45,318 nt of DNA from Desulfobacterales bacterium (GTDB lineage: Bacteria; Desulfobacterota; Desulfobacteria; Desulfobacterales; ETH-SRB1). Where the stretch lies: the NCBI GenBank assembly GCA_030611985.1, contig JAUWOS010000002.1, positions 1 to 45,318 of the forward strand. Direction: 5' to 3'. How positions within the stretch are numbered: the stretch's first letter is position 1; the number at the start of each line of letters is the position of its first letter. The notes beneath the pieces are model-generated. The model saw only the letters and a program-made list of their open reading frames with translations. It was not told the DNA's origin and did no database searches. This document shows, piece after piece, positions 17,487-25,974 of this stretch. The position numbers were made by a program, and so were the translations under genes.

Positions 17487-17891
17487 CTATACTATCAAGT
17501 CAAGATTTCTGGAAGCCTTGTGAAGCACAAGCCCATTGCCGTTTCCGATACGGTGTATCTCTTGATTTATACTGATTTTGGCCGGCTGCAAATAATCATA
17601 CAGGCAACTCCAGCATTTACGATGGTCTGTATGTGAGTTGCACATGAAAATTTCAACTATTGCATACCTGTATTCAGGATAGGTAGAAACCAGAATGTGT
17701 GATTCAGCCAGAAATATTACCGCAGTTATTCCTCTGCCAGGATACGACACTGAACTCTTTCCGAGAACTATTGCGCCTGCCTGTGTTGCAGCGCGTTCAG
17801 CTATCTGAATTATTCTATCCTTATCATTAAGATCACCTTTACATCCATAGCAATCAATGTTCAATTGCGTAATGGCTTCATGTGAATTCAT
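17487..17891 (-). CDS. S-adenosylmethionine decarboxylase-related proenzyme (SpeH-type)
   Basis: LAESHILVSTYPE matches the AdoMetDC self-cleavage motif (ES/HIxxHTxPE). Size and context fit class 1 AdoMetDC. The start is taken at ATG 17891. Confidence 0.65.
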   Translation of the reverse strand: MNSHEAITQLNIDCYGCKGDLNDKDRIIQIAERAATQAGAIVLGKSSVSYPGRGITAVIFLAESHILVSTYPEYRYAIVEIFMCNSHTDHRKCWSCLYDYLQPAKISINQEIHRIGNGNGLVLHKASRNLDLIV

Positions 17892-17951
17892 GCGAGCGCA
17901 TTTCCTGATCGGCACTTGAGCGAAAAACCTGTTCAAGCAAGATTTTGAGTT

Positions 17952-17984
17952 TTAAATTAGCACACCTTCGGTGCGGGCTTTTAG
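17952..17984 (+). repeat. Short repeat family E
   Basis: TTAAATTAGCACACCTTCGGTGCGGGCTTTTAG. Its reverse complement recurs at 45111-45144, and it contains a small GCACC/GGTGC hairpin. Confidence 0.6.
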
Positions 17985-18213
17985 CTTTTAGCTAATGGCT
18001 AACCACACAGGTCGAAATATTTCGTATTTTTATATTTTTACACTTGTTATATTAGTTTATTTCCTATAGTTTTTCAAGGAAAAGAGGAAATTAACGGTAA
18101 AAGAGGCTTCCAGCCTCTTAAATCAGCGGCAGGATGCCGCTGCTACTTTTCAATCAAACGTAAAGTAAAAATGAAGGATGTCGTAAAAACTTACGAGGTT
18201 TGTTGCTTGATTA

Positions 18214-19242
18214 ATGCTTTATTTTTTGCAAATATTAAGATTAATGTCCTTTCGGTTGCGGCAGGAGAACCTGCACAGGGTTATCTTTGTGCTGTTGGTT
18301 TTGATTCTTGTGGCCACAATGGCTTTTTCATATTTCGAAGAAGAACTGGGACTTTTCGATGCCTTCTGGTGGTCGATTGTGACCGTAACGACCGTAGGAT
18401 ACGGTGATATCTCTCCGGTTACTCTGGGCGGCAGGTTTGTGGGCATAGCGCTTATGATGCTGGGAATTGGTTTTTTGGGTGTACTGACTGCTACAATAGC
18501 CGGCGTCCTTATTGAAAACAAGCTCATGGAGAACAAGGGCATGAAAAGAGTAAAAGTAAAAGGACATTTTGTTATCTGCGGATGGAATTTCAGGGGCAGG
18601 GAGATCGTAGCGGAATTACGAGCTGATGCCAAGACCGGTGATACGCCGATAGTTATCATTGCAGAGTTGACCGAAAAGCCTCTGGATGATTTGAATCTAC
18701 AGTTTCTTCGAGGGGATATTCAACCGGAGATTCTTGAAATGGCTAACTTGAAAGAGGCTCGCACAGTGATTCAGCTCTCGGATGACAAGCTGGATGTTCA
18801 TGTCCGTGACGCCAAGACTATTCTTGACACCTTGACCATTAAGAGTCTCTATCCCCAGATTTATGTTTGTGTAGAACTGATAGAGTCAAAGAATGTTGAA
18901 CACTGCCGGCGGGCAAAAGCGGACGAGATTATCGTAGTGGGCGAATTGAGCGCCAATCTTCTGGTGCAGGCTGCTCTGGATCATGGCATTACTCATATGA
19001 TTACCGAATTGGTCAGCAATCGCTACGGTAGCGAACTCTACAAGATTGAGCTGCCTTCCTCTCTGGCAGGGCTGACTTTTTTTGAAGTTATGTGTGAGCT
19101 GAAAAAGAATCACGGCATACTCTGCCTGGCAGTGGAAAACAAGGAAACGCATAAATTGATTGCAAATCCTGACGCGGATTACCGACTCAAAGCGGAAGAC
19201 GAACTGGTGGTAATTGCCACAAATCGTCCCGAGTTGTGTTAG
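18214..19242 (+). CDS. K+ channel, 2-TM pore plus RCK/TrkA-N domain
   Basis: Selectivity filter TVTTVGYGD, then VICGWNFRGREIV (Rossmann-type RCK). The stop TAG (19240-19242) overlaps the first bases of an R1 repeat. Confidence 0.8.
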   Translation: MLYFLQILRLMSFRLRQENLHRVIFVLLVLILVATMAFSYFEEELGLFDAFWWSIVTVTTVGYGDISPVTLGGRFVGIALMMLGIGFLGVLTATIAGVLIENKLMENKGMKRVKVKGHFVICGWNFRGREIVAELRADAKTGDTPIVIIAELTEKPLDDLNLQFLRGDIQPEILEMANLKEARTVIQLSDDKLDVHVRDAKTILDTLTIKSLYPQIYVCVELIESKNVEHCRRAKADEIIVVGELSANLLVQAALDHGITHMITELVSNRYGSELYKIELPSSLAGLTFFEVMCELKKNHGILCLAVENKETHKLIANPDADYRLKAEDELVVIATNRPELC

Positions 19243-19300
19243 GAACGTGGACGAAATAACTTCCTATACAAACTGTAGGGGCAAACCTGTGTGTTTGTCC
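19241..19300 (+). repeat. R1 core plus unique hairpin (module d)
   Basis: AGGAACGTGGACGAAATAACTTCC (19241-19264), followed by the hairpin GGGCAAAC/GTTTGTCC (19279-19300). Confidence 0.7.
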
Positions 19301-19360
19301 GGAAATTGGTGAATTTCTAAAATTTGCAACTATCTGTAAAAAAGAAAAGGAGGGATTGCT

Positions 19361-19756
19361 ATGTCTGGAAAATTTGATCTGGTCAAACAATATCTATTTG
19401 AAATGGAGTTACCAATTGTCAGTGAAGATCCTGGGGAAGAACTGGTGGTGGTGGATAACGAGGAAAACGGCATTAAGAATCTGGTTATAGACTGCGAGGA
19501 ACCCATTCTGGTTCTGGAGCAGATTATCATGGAGGCGCCTCATGACCCTGACAACCTGTTCAAGCGGTTGTTGCAGATGAATCGCGATCTAGTTCACGGA
19601 GCCTTTGTTCTGGACGAAAATGCAAAATTAATCCTTTTCAGGGACACTCTCCAACTGGAGAACCTGGATCGAAACGAGCTTGAAGCTTCTATCCAGGCTT
19701 TGAGTCTGGCGCTGGCCGAACACAGTTCGGAACTGTTGAGTTACGCAAAAAAATGA
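19361..19756 (+). CDS. Small acidic YbjN/T3SS-chaperone-like protein (tentative)
   Basis: 131-aa acidic ORF preceded by AAGGAGGG, upstream of pspA. The fold assignment is from memory only. Confidence 0.4.
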   Translation: MSGKFDLVKQYLFEMELPIVSEDPGEELVVVDNEENGIKNLVIDCEEPILVLEQIIMEAPHDPDNLFKRLLQMNRDLVHGAFVLDENAKLILFRDTLQLENLDRNELEASIQALSLALAEHSSELLSYAKK

Positions 19757-19873
19757 TCAACGGTCTTGATTTGTCAATTGAGAAATTGATCCGTCTGCAG
19801 CGGATTATTGATTTTAATCCCTCAATTCCAAAATTCCTGAATTCATTTGTCTTAAAAGGAGGTTTTTTCGATT

Positions 19874-20578
19874 ATGTCTATTTTTAAACGTATTTTCAAG
19901 GTAACACAGGCTGAAACTCATGCCGTGATCGACAAGTTAGAAGACCCTGTCAAGATGACGGAGCAGGGTATCCGCGATCTTAAAAAAGACTTGCAACAGG
20001 CCATGGCCAGTTTGGCCGAAGTCAAGAGTATGGCGATTCGGACAAGGAGGAATGCGGACAACAAAAAGAAACTTGCCGCTGATTATGAGCGCAAGGCCAT
20101 GATGCTCCTTCAAAAAATGCAAGGTGGCGAACTTGATCCGGCAGAAGCCGAACGGCTGGCCGCTCAAGCATTAAATGAAAAGGAGCAGAGCGCGACCGAG
20201 GCAGTGCAATTTGCTCAGGAAGCCGAAAGGCATGAGCAAATGGCCAACCAGCTTCAAACCAATGTAAACAAGATCAAATCAACGGTTGCAACCTATGAAA
20301 ACGACCTGATTACGTTAAAAGCCAGAGCCAGGACTGCGGCAGCTACCAGGAAGATCAATAAGCAGATCGCCGGGGTTGATTCTTCCGGCACGATTGCCAT
20401 GCTGGAAAAAATGCGGTCCAGAGTAGAGGAAGACGAGTCGCTTGCAACGGCCTATGGCGAAATGGCTACTGCGGACAAGAGCGTGGATGATGAAATTAAC
20501 GCAGCGCTGGCCGGCGGTTCGACTCCGAGCGCGTCACAGTCCTTGCTGGAACTGAAGCGAAAGATGGGAATGGCTTGA
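19874..20578 (+). CDS. pspA: PspA/IM30 family protein
   Basis: MSIFKRIFKVTQAETHAVIDKLEDPVKMTEQGIRDLKKDL is the canonical PspA N-terminus; the rest has coiled-coil composition. Confidence 0.85.
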   Translation: MSIFKRIFKVTQAETHAVIDKLEDPVKMTEQGIRDLKKDLQQAMASLAEVKSMAIRTRRNADNKKKLAADYERKAMMLLQKMQGGELDPAEAERLAAQALNEKEQSATEAVQFAQEAERHEQMANQLQTNVNKIKSTVATYENDLITLKARARTAAATRKINKQIAGVDSSGTIAMLEKMRSRVEEDESLATAYGEMATADKSVDDEINAALAGGSTPSASQSLLELKRKMGMA

Positions 20579-20585
20579 AACAGTT

Positions 20586-21131
20586 ATGGGAATAAGAGAT
20601 TTTTTCAAGAAAAATAAAAAAGAGGAATTCGATCCATTAAGCGATCTTTCCCTTAATAGACTCAAGAAAGGTTATCTGGTCGATTACGATCTTAAGACAT
20701 GGGAAGTATCGGCCTGTAATTATTACGACTGGGGAGAAGGCGATATCTCTAACGAGTGGCAACTCAAAAGCAGAGACGAGGTTGTTTATCTTGAGATGGA
20801 ATCGGATGACGAGGAGGAATGGAGCCTGAATCGGAAGGTCATATTTAGCCTTCTTGATTCGCAAATCAAGAAACAGATAATTGAAACAGGCGATCCGCCT
20901 GAGAAGATTCTCTTTGAGGGAATCGCTTATTATATGGAAGAGATGTCCGGCGGGCGCTTTTATAAAGACGGTCAGGATTCAGGCAGGGAAGTGCTTCAGT
21001 GGAGCTATCAGGACAATAAGGGGAAATTGTACTTCAGTATTGAACAGTGGGGCGAAGAGGAATTTGAAGCAACTGCAGGCGAACCGGTGGAAGAATATCA
21101 ATTTACAAACATTTTGCCTGCAAATCAGTAA
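20586..21131 (+). CDS. DUF4178-like protein
   Basis: LKKGYLVDYDLKTWEVSACNYYDWGEGDISNEWQL pattern, with a second similar half. The stop TAA overlaps the start of R1. Confidence 0.55.
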   Translation: MGIRDFFKKNKKEEFDPLSDLSLNRLKKGYLVDYDLKTWEVSACNYYDWGEGDISNEWQLKSRDEVVYLEMESDDEEEWSLNRKVIFSLLDSQIKKQIIETGDPPEKILFEGIAYYMEEMSGGRFYKDGQDSGREVLQWSYQDNKGKLYFSIEQWGEEEFEATAGEPVEEYQFTNILPANQ

Positions 21132-21209
21132 GGAACGTGGACGAAATAACTTCCCCAATCAAGCAAAATCTGAGGGATTACCAACTGATTGAATTTACGT
21201 TGGTAAGCC
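21131..21209 (+). repeat. R1 core plus module F
   Basis: AGGAACGTGGACGAAATAACTTCC, then CAATCAAGCAAAATCTGAGGGATTACCAACTGATTGAATTTACGTTGGTAAGCC. Related sequences lie at 386-454 (reverse) and 25601-25632 (partial). Confidence 0.7.
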
Positions 21210-21218
21210 TGAAAACAC

Positions 21219-24200
21219 ATGAAAACATTAGATCTCATAAATACCCCGCTTGCCGGAACCAACCTCATTGAAGCAAGCGCCGGCACAGGCAAGACATATA
21301 CAATTGCAGGTTTATTTTTAAGATTGATCCTGGAAAAACATTTTCCGGCAGATCAGATACTGGTTGTAACCTTTACAAAAGCTGCAACTGCTGAACTTAA
21401 AGATAGAATTTACAATAAACTTCTTTGCGCAAAAGAGGCATTTTTAAAGGGTTCAAGCGATGACAGGCTGATAGAATCCCTTGTAAAAAAGCATAACAAC
21501 TCTGCTCCGGCCATTCGATTGATAGAAGATGCTCTTATTGATTTTGATAAGGCTGCTATTTTCACCATACATGGTTTTTGCCAGAGAATTTTGTTTGAAA
21601 ATGCTTTTGAGACAGGAAGTTTGTTTGACACAGAGCTTGCAATAGACCAGGCTGATTTAATGCAGGAAGTTGCGGATGATTTCTGGAGAAAGCATTTTTA
21701 CGATCAGCCGTCGGAATTTTTAAGTTATTGTATTAAAAAGATATCAGGCCCTGAATATTTTTTAAAATTGCTGGATAAAATAAAGACACCGGATATAAGG
21801 ATAATACCGGATATAAAAAAACCCTCACTAAAAAGCCTTGGTCCTTTCAGAGAAACGTTTGACTGTCTTAAAAAAGCCTGGGCCTTTTCCAGAAAGAAGA
21901 TAGAGTCCGCCTCAGAAGGATTAAGGAATCCATCTCTTAACGGCACGGTTTACGGGAGCACAAAACCCGGGCAAACCGGTTTCTCCAAAAGGGATATGAA
22001 GGTTTTTTCCATGATTGAAGCCATGGACGGATTCGTTGATTCAAAAAGCGCCAAATTTCCATTATTTAAAGATTTTGAAAAGTTTACCTCAACAAAACTG
22101 ATAAAATCAGCAAGAAAAAATCATATTCCCCCATCACACGAATTTTTTGATATCTGTGACGAACTTTATAAGACAGGTATTTCTCTTGAATCTGAAATGG
22201 AAAGATATCTTCTTTTCCTTAAAGCCGAATCTTTTAAGTTTGCAAAGTCAGAACTTTTTGCAAAGAAAAAGAAAAATAACACACAATTTTTTGACGACCT
22301 TCTGATGATGGTTATGAAAGCCCTTGAAAAAAGGCAGGGAAATGAACTTGCAAGGGCGATAAGACAAAAATACCAGGCCGCCCTCGTAGATGAATTCCAG
22401 GATACTGATCCTGTTCAATACAAAATCTTCAGCAGGCTCTTTTCTTCAAAAGACAGTGTTCTTTTTATGATAGGCGATCCTAAGCAGGCAATATATAGCT
22501 TTCGAGGGGCTGATATTTTTTCCTACATGAAGGCTGCCCGCAATGCCCGGTCAAAATATACACTTACAGATAACTGGCGTTCGGAAGCCGGTTTGATAAC
22601 CGCGATAAACACCATATTTTCCAATGTCAAACAGCCGTTTGTATTTGATGAAATTGGGTTTGAAAAAGGAAAGCCCGGGAAAAAAATCGAATCTATTAAA
22701 GAGAATGAAGATAACGAGGATGAAAAAATTTCAGCTCCTTTGAAGTTATGGTTTTTGGGTGCAAAAAAAGGCGGACTGATAAACAAAACAGAAGCTATAG
22801 AGTTGATTGCAGAAGCTGTTGCCGGTGAAATTTCAATTATTCTTCCACATGACGAGATTTATGAGACTGATTATATCAAAGAGAGCGACATAGCTGTTCT
22901 TGTCCGAACAAACAGACAGGCGCAGGTGATAAAAAAGTACCTTTCAGCCAAAAATATCCCTTCGGTTCTCTACAGCGCTGAAAATATATTTGATTCTCCG
23001 GAAACTGCGGAAATGGAAAGAATTTTACAGAGCATTTCAGAGCCTGCAAACGAACGGCTGTTTAAGTCTGCTCTTGTAACAGACATAATGGGTGTCTCCG
23101 GCGAAGAAATTGATTCAATGGATGAAAAAACTTTTTGGCGGGAAACCAGATTTGCCAACTTTATGGAGTATTTTCAGTTATGGAACAGGCGTGGCTTTAT
23201 TAGAATGTTTCGTCTTTTTATGACAAGAGAAAAAGTAAGAAAACGCCTTCTTTTATTTCCGGATGGAGAAAGACGGCTTACAAATCTTCTTCACCTTGCA
23301 GAAATATTTCATCGGCAATCAATTGAGAAAAAACTCGGAATAAGAGGTCTTTTAAAGTGGCTTTCCGAACAGAAAGATCCGACGTCTCCCAGACTTGAAG
23401 AGCATCAGCTTCGTCTTGAAAGTGATGAAAATGCCGTAAAGATCGTAACCATCCATAAAAGCAAAGGACTTGAATACAGGATCGTGTTTTGTCCATTTGG
23501 ATGGGAAGGATCTTTGATCAAAAACGATGAAATCATATTTCATGATAATAATGAAGATCAAAAGATGACTCTCGATCTTAATTCAGGCAAAAACAGCGGC
23601 AATGTTGTCCTTGCCCAAAATGAACTTTTAGCGGAAAACTTAAGGCTGCTTTATGTTGCTTTAACAAGAGCAAAAGAAAGATGTTATCTTGTCTGGGGAC
23701 GAATCAGGACAGCTGAAACATCTGCTATATCTTATCTTTTTCACTGCAAGGATGCCGCAGGGAAAGATAATATTGCGGCTTCTTTAAAAGAAACCTTTAC
23801 GGCAAAAAAAGATAATGAGATTTTAGATGATTTAACAAATCTTGTGAAAAACTCAAAAGGAAGTATTGAACTTGCGTTGCTCCCTCTTGAAAACCATGGG
23901 AAACATAAACCCCGGATAAAAAAAGAGGAAAAGCTTGTTTGCCGGAAATTTTCAGGAAAGATTGATGCCGGCTGGAAAATATCAAGTTTTTCATCTCTTG
24001 TATCAAGGCAGGCTTCAAATAGAGAGCTTTCCAACCCTGAAACATATTGGGATACATATTGGCGTTCTCAAAACAGCCTGCCCGATCAACCTGATCAATA
24101 CGGCAAGACAGATATTTTTTCTTTTCCAAAAGGAACACGGGCAGGGACATTTTTTCATGATATTTTTGAACATCTTGATTTTGCATCAAATAATCAGGAT

Positions 24201-24875
24201 TTTCCTGATCATCAAAATAAACTGGTGGAAAGCAAATTAAAAGCATACGGTTTTGACCTGAAATGGCAAGATACTGTTTGCAATATGACAAATAAGGTTC
24301 TTTCCGTGCCGCTTTCAGAAGACAGAAGCGATCTCATTTTATCATCCATTCAATGGAAGGATAGAATAAATGAGATGGAATTTTATTTTCCCTTAAAACG
24401 TGTCACGCCGCAAAAACTTAAAAGAATTTTTGCAGATTATGGCGGCATTGATATCCCATCCGGTTTTTCCAACCGGCTTGAAAACCTTACTTTCTCACCC
24501 GCAGAAGGCTTCATGAAAGGGTATATTGACATGATATTTCATTCAAGCGGCAGTTTTTATCTTGTGGACTGGAAGTCGAATTTTTTAGGTGCAAACATTA
24601 AAGAGTACAATAAAAATTCTTTAGATAAAACCATGAAAGATGATTTTTACATCCTGCAGTATCACATATATACCCTTGCACTTCATCAGTACTTGCGTAT
24701 ACATATGCCCGGTTACAGATATGAAAAAGATTTTGGAGGAATATTTTATATTTTTATCAGAGGAGTAGAACCTGACCGAGGTCCGGAATTTGGCATCTAC
24801 AAAGATATTCCGGATCCCGATCTTATAAATGAGCTTGGAAAGCTGCTTATTCCTGAACCCCTGCCGGTCCGATAA
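21219..24875 (+). CDS. recB: RecB-type helicase-nuclease (exodeoxyribonuclease V beta subunit)
   Basis: NLIEASAGTGKTYTIAGLFLRLIL (RecB Walker A context), VDEFQDTD, and the C-terminal PD-(D/E)xK motif GYIDMIF...YLVDWKSN. Length 1218 aa. Confidence 0.85.
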   Translation: MKTLDLINTPLAGTNLIEASAGTGKTYTIAGLFLRLILEKHFPADQILVVTFTKAATAELKDRIYNKLLCAKEAFLKGSSDDRLIESLVKKHNNSAPAIRLIEDALIDFDKAAIFTIHGFCQRILFENAFETGSLFDTELAIDQADLMQEVADDFWRKHFYDQPSEFLSYCIKKISGPEYFLKLLDKIKTPDIRIIPDIKKPSLKSLGPFRETFDCLKKAWAFSRKKIESASEGLRNPSLNGTVYGSTKPGQTGFSKRDMKVFSMIEAMDGFVDSKSAKFPLFKDFEKFTSTKLIKSARKNHIPPSHEFFDICDELYKTGISLESEMERYLLFLKAESFKFAKSELFAKKKKNNTQFFDDLLMMVMKALEKRQGNELARAIRQKYQAALVDEFQDTDPVQYKIFSRLFSSKDSVLFMIGDPKQAIYSFRGADIFSYMKAARNARSKYTLTDNWRSEAGLITAINTIFSNVKQPFVFDEIGFEKGKPGKKIESIKENEDNEDEKISAPLKLWFLGAKKGGLINKTEAIELIAEAVAGEISIILPHDEIYETDYIKESDIAVLVRTNRQAQVIKKYLSAKNIPSVLYSAENIFDSPETAEMERILQSISEPANERLFKSALVTDIMGVSGEEIDSMDEKTFWRETRFANFMEYFQLWNRRGFIRMFRLFMTREKVRKRLLLFPDGERRLTNLLHLAEIFHRQSIEKKLGIRGLLKWLSEQKDPTSPRLEEHQLRLESDENAVKIVTIHKSKGLEYRIVFCPFGWEGSLIKNDEIIFHDNNEDQKMTLDLNSGKNSGNVVLAQNELLAENLRLLYVALTRAKERCYLVWGRIRTAETSAISYLFHCKDAAGKDNIAASLKETFTAKKDNEILDDLTNLVKNSKGSIELALLPLENHGKHKPRIKKEEKLVCRKFSGKIDAGWKISSFSSLVSRQASNRELSNPETYWDTYWRSQNSLPDQPDQYGKTDIFSFPKGTRAGTFFHDIFEHLDFASNNQDFPDHQNKLVESKLKAYGFDLKWQDTVCNMTNKVLSVPLSEDRSDLILSSIQWKDRINEMEFYFPLKRVTPQKLKRIFADYGGIDIPSGFSNRLENLTFSPAEGFMKGYIDMIFHSSGSFYLVDWKSNFLGANIKEYNKNSLDKTMKDDFYILQYHIYTLALHQYLRIHMPGYRYEKDFGGIFYIFIRGVEPDRGPEFGIYKDIPDPDLINELGKLLIPEPLPVR

Positions 24876-24920
24876 TATAGTTGCGTTATTTTGAATAACG
24901 TTGCACGGTAATCAAACAAT

Positions 24921-25044
24921 TTGTATGTTTTGGAGATAAAAATACGAGGCGGAAAACATGCGGGAGCCGGCCGGAAAAAGAAACCAGATCGTTTGAGACG
25001 TGAACTTGTGACAATTCGATTACCGCAGTGGATGATTTTACAAC
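24921..25044 (+). pseudogene. Truncated small basic ORF (RGGKHAGAGRKKKP...VTIRLPQWMILQLK), possibly a DNA-binding protein remnant
   Basis: Only the first ~40 codons look protein-like. Beyond about 25045 the frame runs antisense to the TerB_N fragment. Confidence 0.25.
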
Positions 25045-25539
25045 TCAAAAACAACGCTCAAGACCATAAAAGAACAGAAAAACATAGCCGATATTGGCTT
25101 TTGGCTCCGAACGACCGTTTGCCAACCATTTGAGGTAAGCGCCACGACATTTTGCAGAAATGCTCCCATATTGCAACCAATACCCCAACCCATACCCTGC
25201 TTCCCAAGGTTCGGCAGGAGAAACTTTAAGCTGCGGATTAATAAGACAGGCATCGTTTTCATATCCGTAGGAATCAAGCAAAGTCTCACCTACATATATC
25301 ATTCCGTCAGATATATTGTAACCCTGGACGTTGATACTCTGACCACTTTCATACCATTTGGCAGGCTTTCCATCACTTAGGCGTTTATTTAGTTTATAAT
25401 TACCGCTATATCTTTCGTGACCGGAAACCCCAACTCTAAATGTGATTCCGGATGTACCCGTCAGCTTCTTGCTTAAGACAAACCCCTTGACTATTCTATA
25501 AATAACATAAAGAATGAATAAAATAAATATTGTCTTCAT
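25045..25539 (-). pseudogene. TerB_N-domain protein, C-terminally truncated
   Basis: TM, then WYESGQSINVQGYNISDGMIYVGE ... GYWLQYGSISAKCRGAYLKWLANGRSEPKANIGYVFLFFYGLER. This matches the TerB-N signature (YWPSY..IsP..RaaYL.WL..GR..P...iGYVFLfFYGLERR). It stops right after GLER, and no TerB/TerB-C follows. Confidence 0.55.
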
Positions 25540-25974
25540 GGTAAATCCTTTCTCACTTTGATTACCAAATGCAAATTTTGCTATTTTAGCTCTATGGCAA
25601 TTCCACAATCAAGCAAAATCTAAGGAGTTGCTAAGGTCTCATCTTAATATTAAGTTTAGTGTTCAGGATTAACAGGAATTTAACAATCAGGCACAGGGAA
25701 TTGGCAAAGGTTTATTAAGAAGAAGTGAAATCTCGGTTGACTCCTGCTGTCAACTCGCAATTCAGAGCTTGGAACAGGATGTCTCCAATTTTGAGGAACT
25801 GATTGCACTTGTAAACCAATACAAGAATGATCTTGAAACTTTGAATGAGCAGGAAGAAATAAAAAAAAGCGGAATTCGACTTCATTGGTCGAAAGTGTAC
25901 CAAATTGCTCTTGTGGAAAAATTGCCAGTCTCGCTGACAGCCCTGAAGCTATAGAGCGCTTACGAAAGGCAGAT

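Noticed and set aside
17396-17636. C-terminal half of the 158-aa ORF 17160-17636 as real coding sequence
   Set aside because: Similarity to DUF4338 ends near 17395. The remainder overlaps, antisense, the AdoMet decarboxylase gene.
19265-19873. Sigma54 (-24 GG / -12 GC) promoter upstream of the psp genes
   Set aside because: The only GG...GC candidates (e.g. TTGGTGAATTTCTAAAATTTGCA at about 19306-19328) have the wrong spacing. No TGGCAC-N5-TTGC match was seen.
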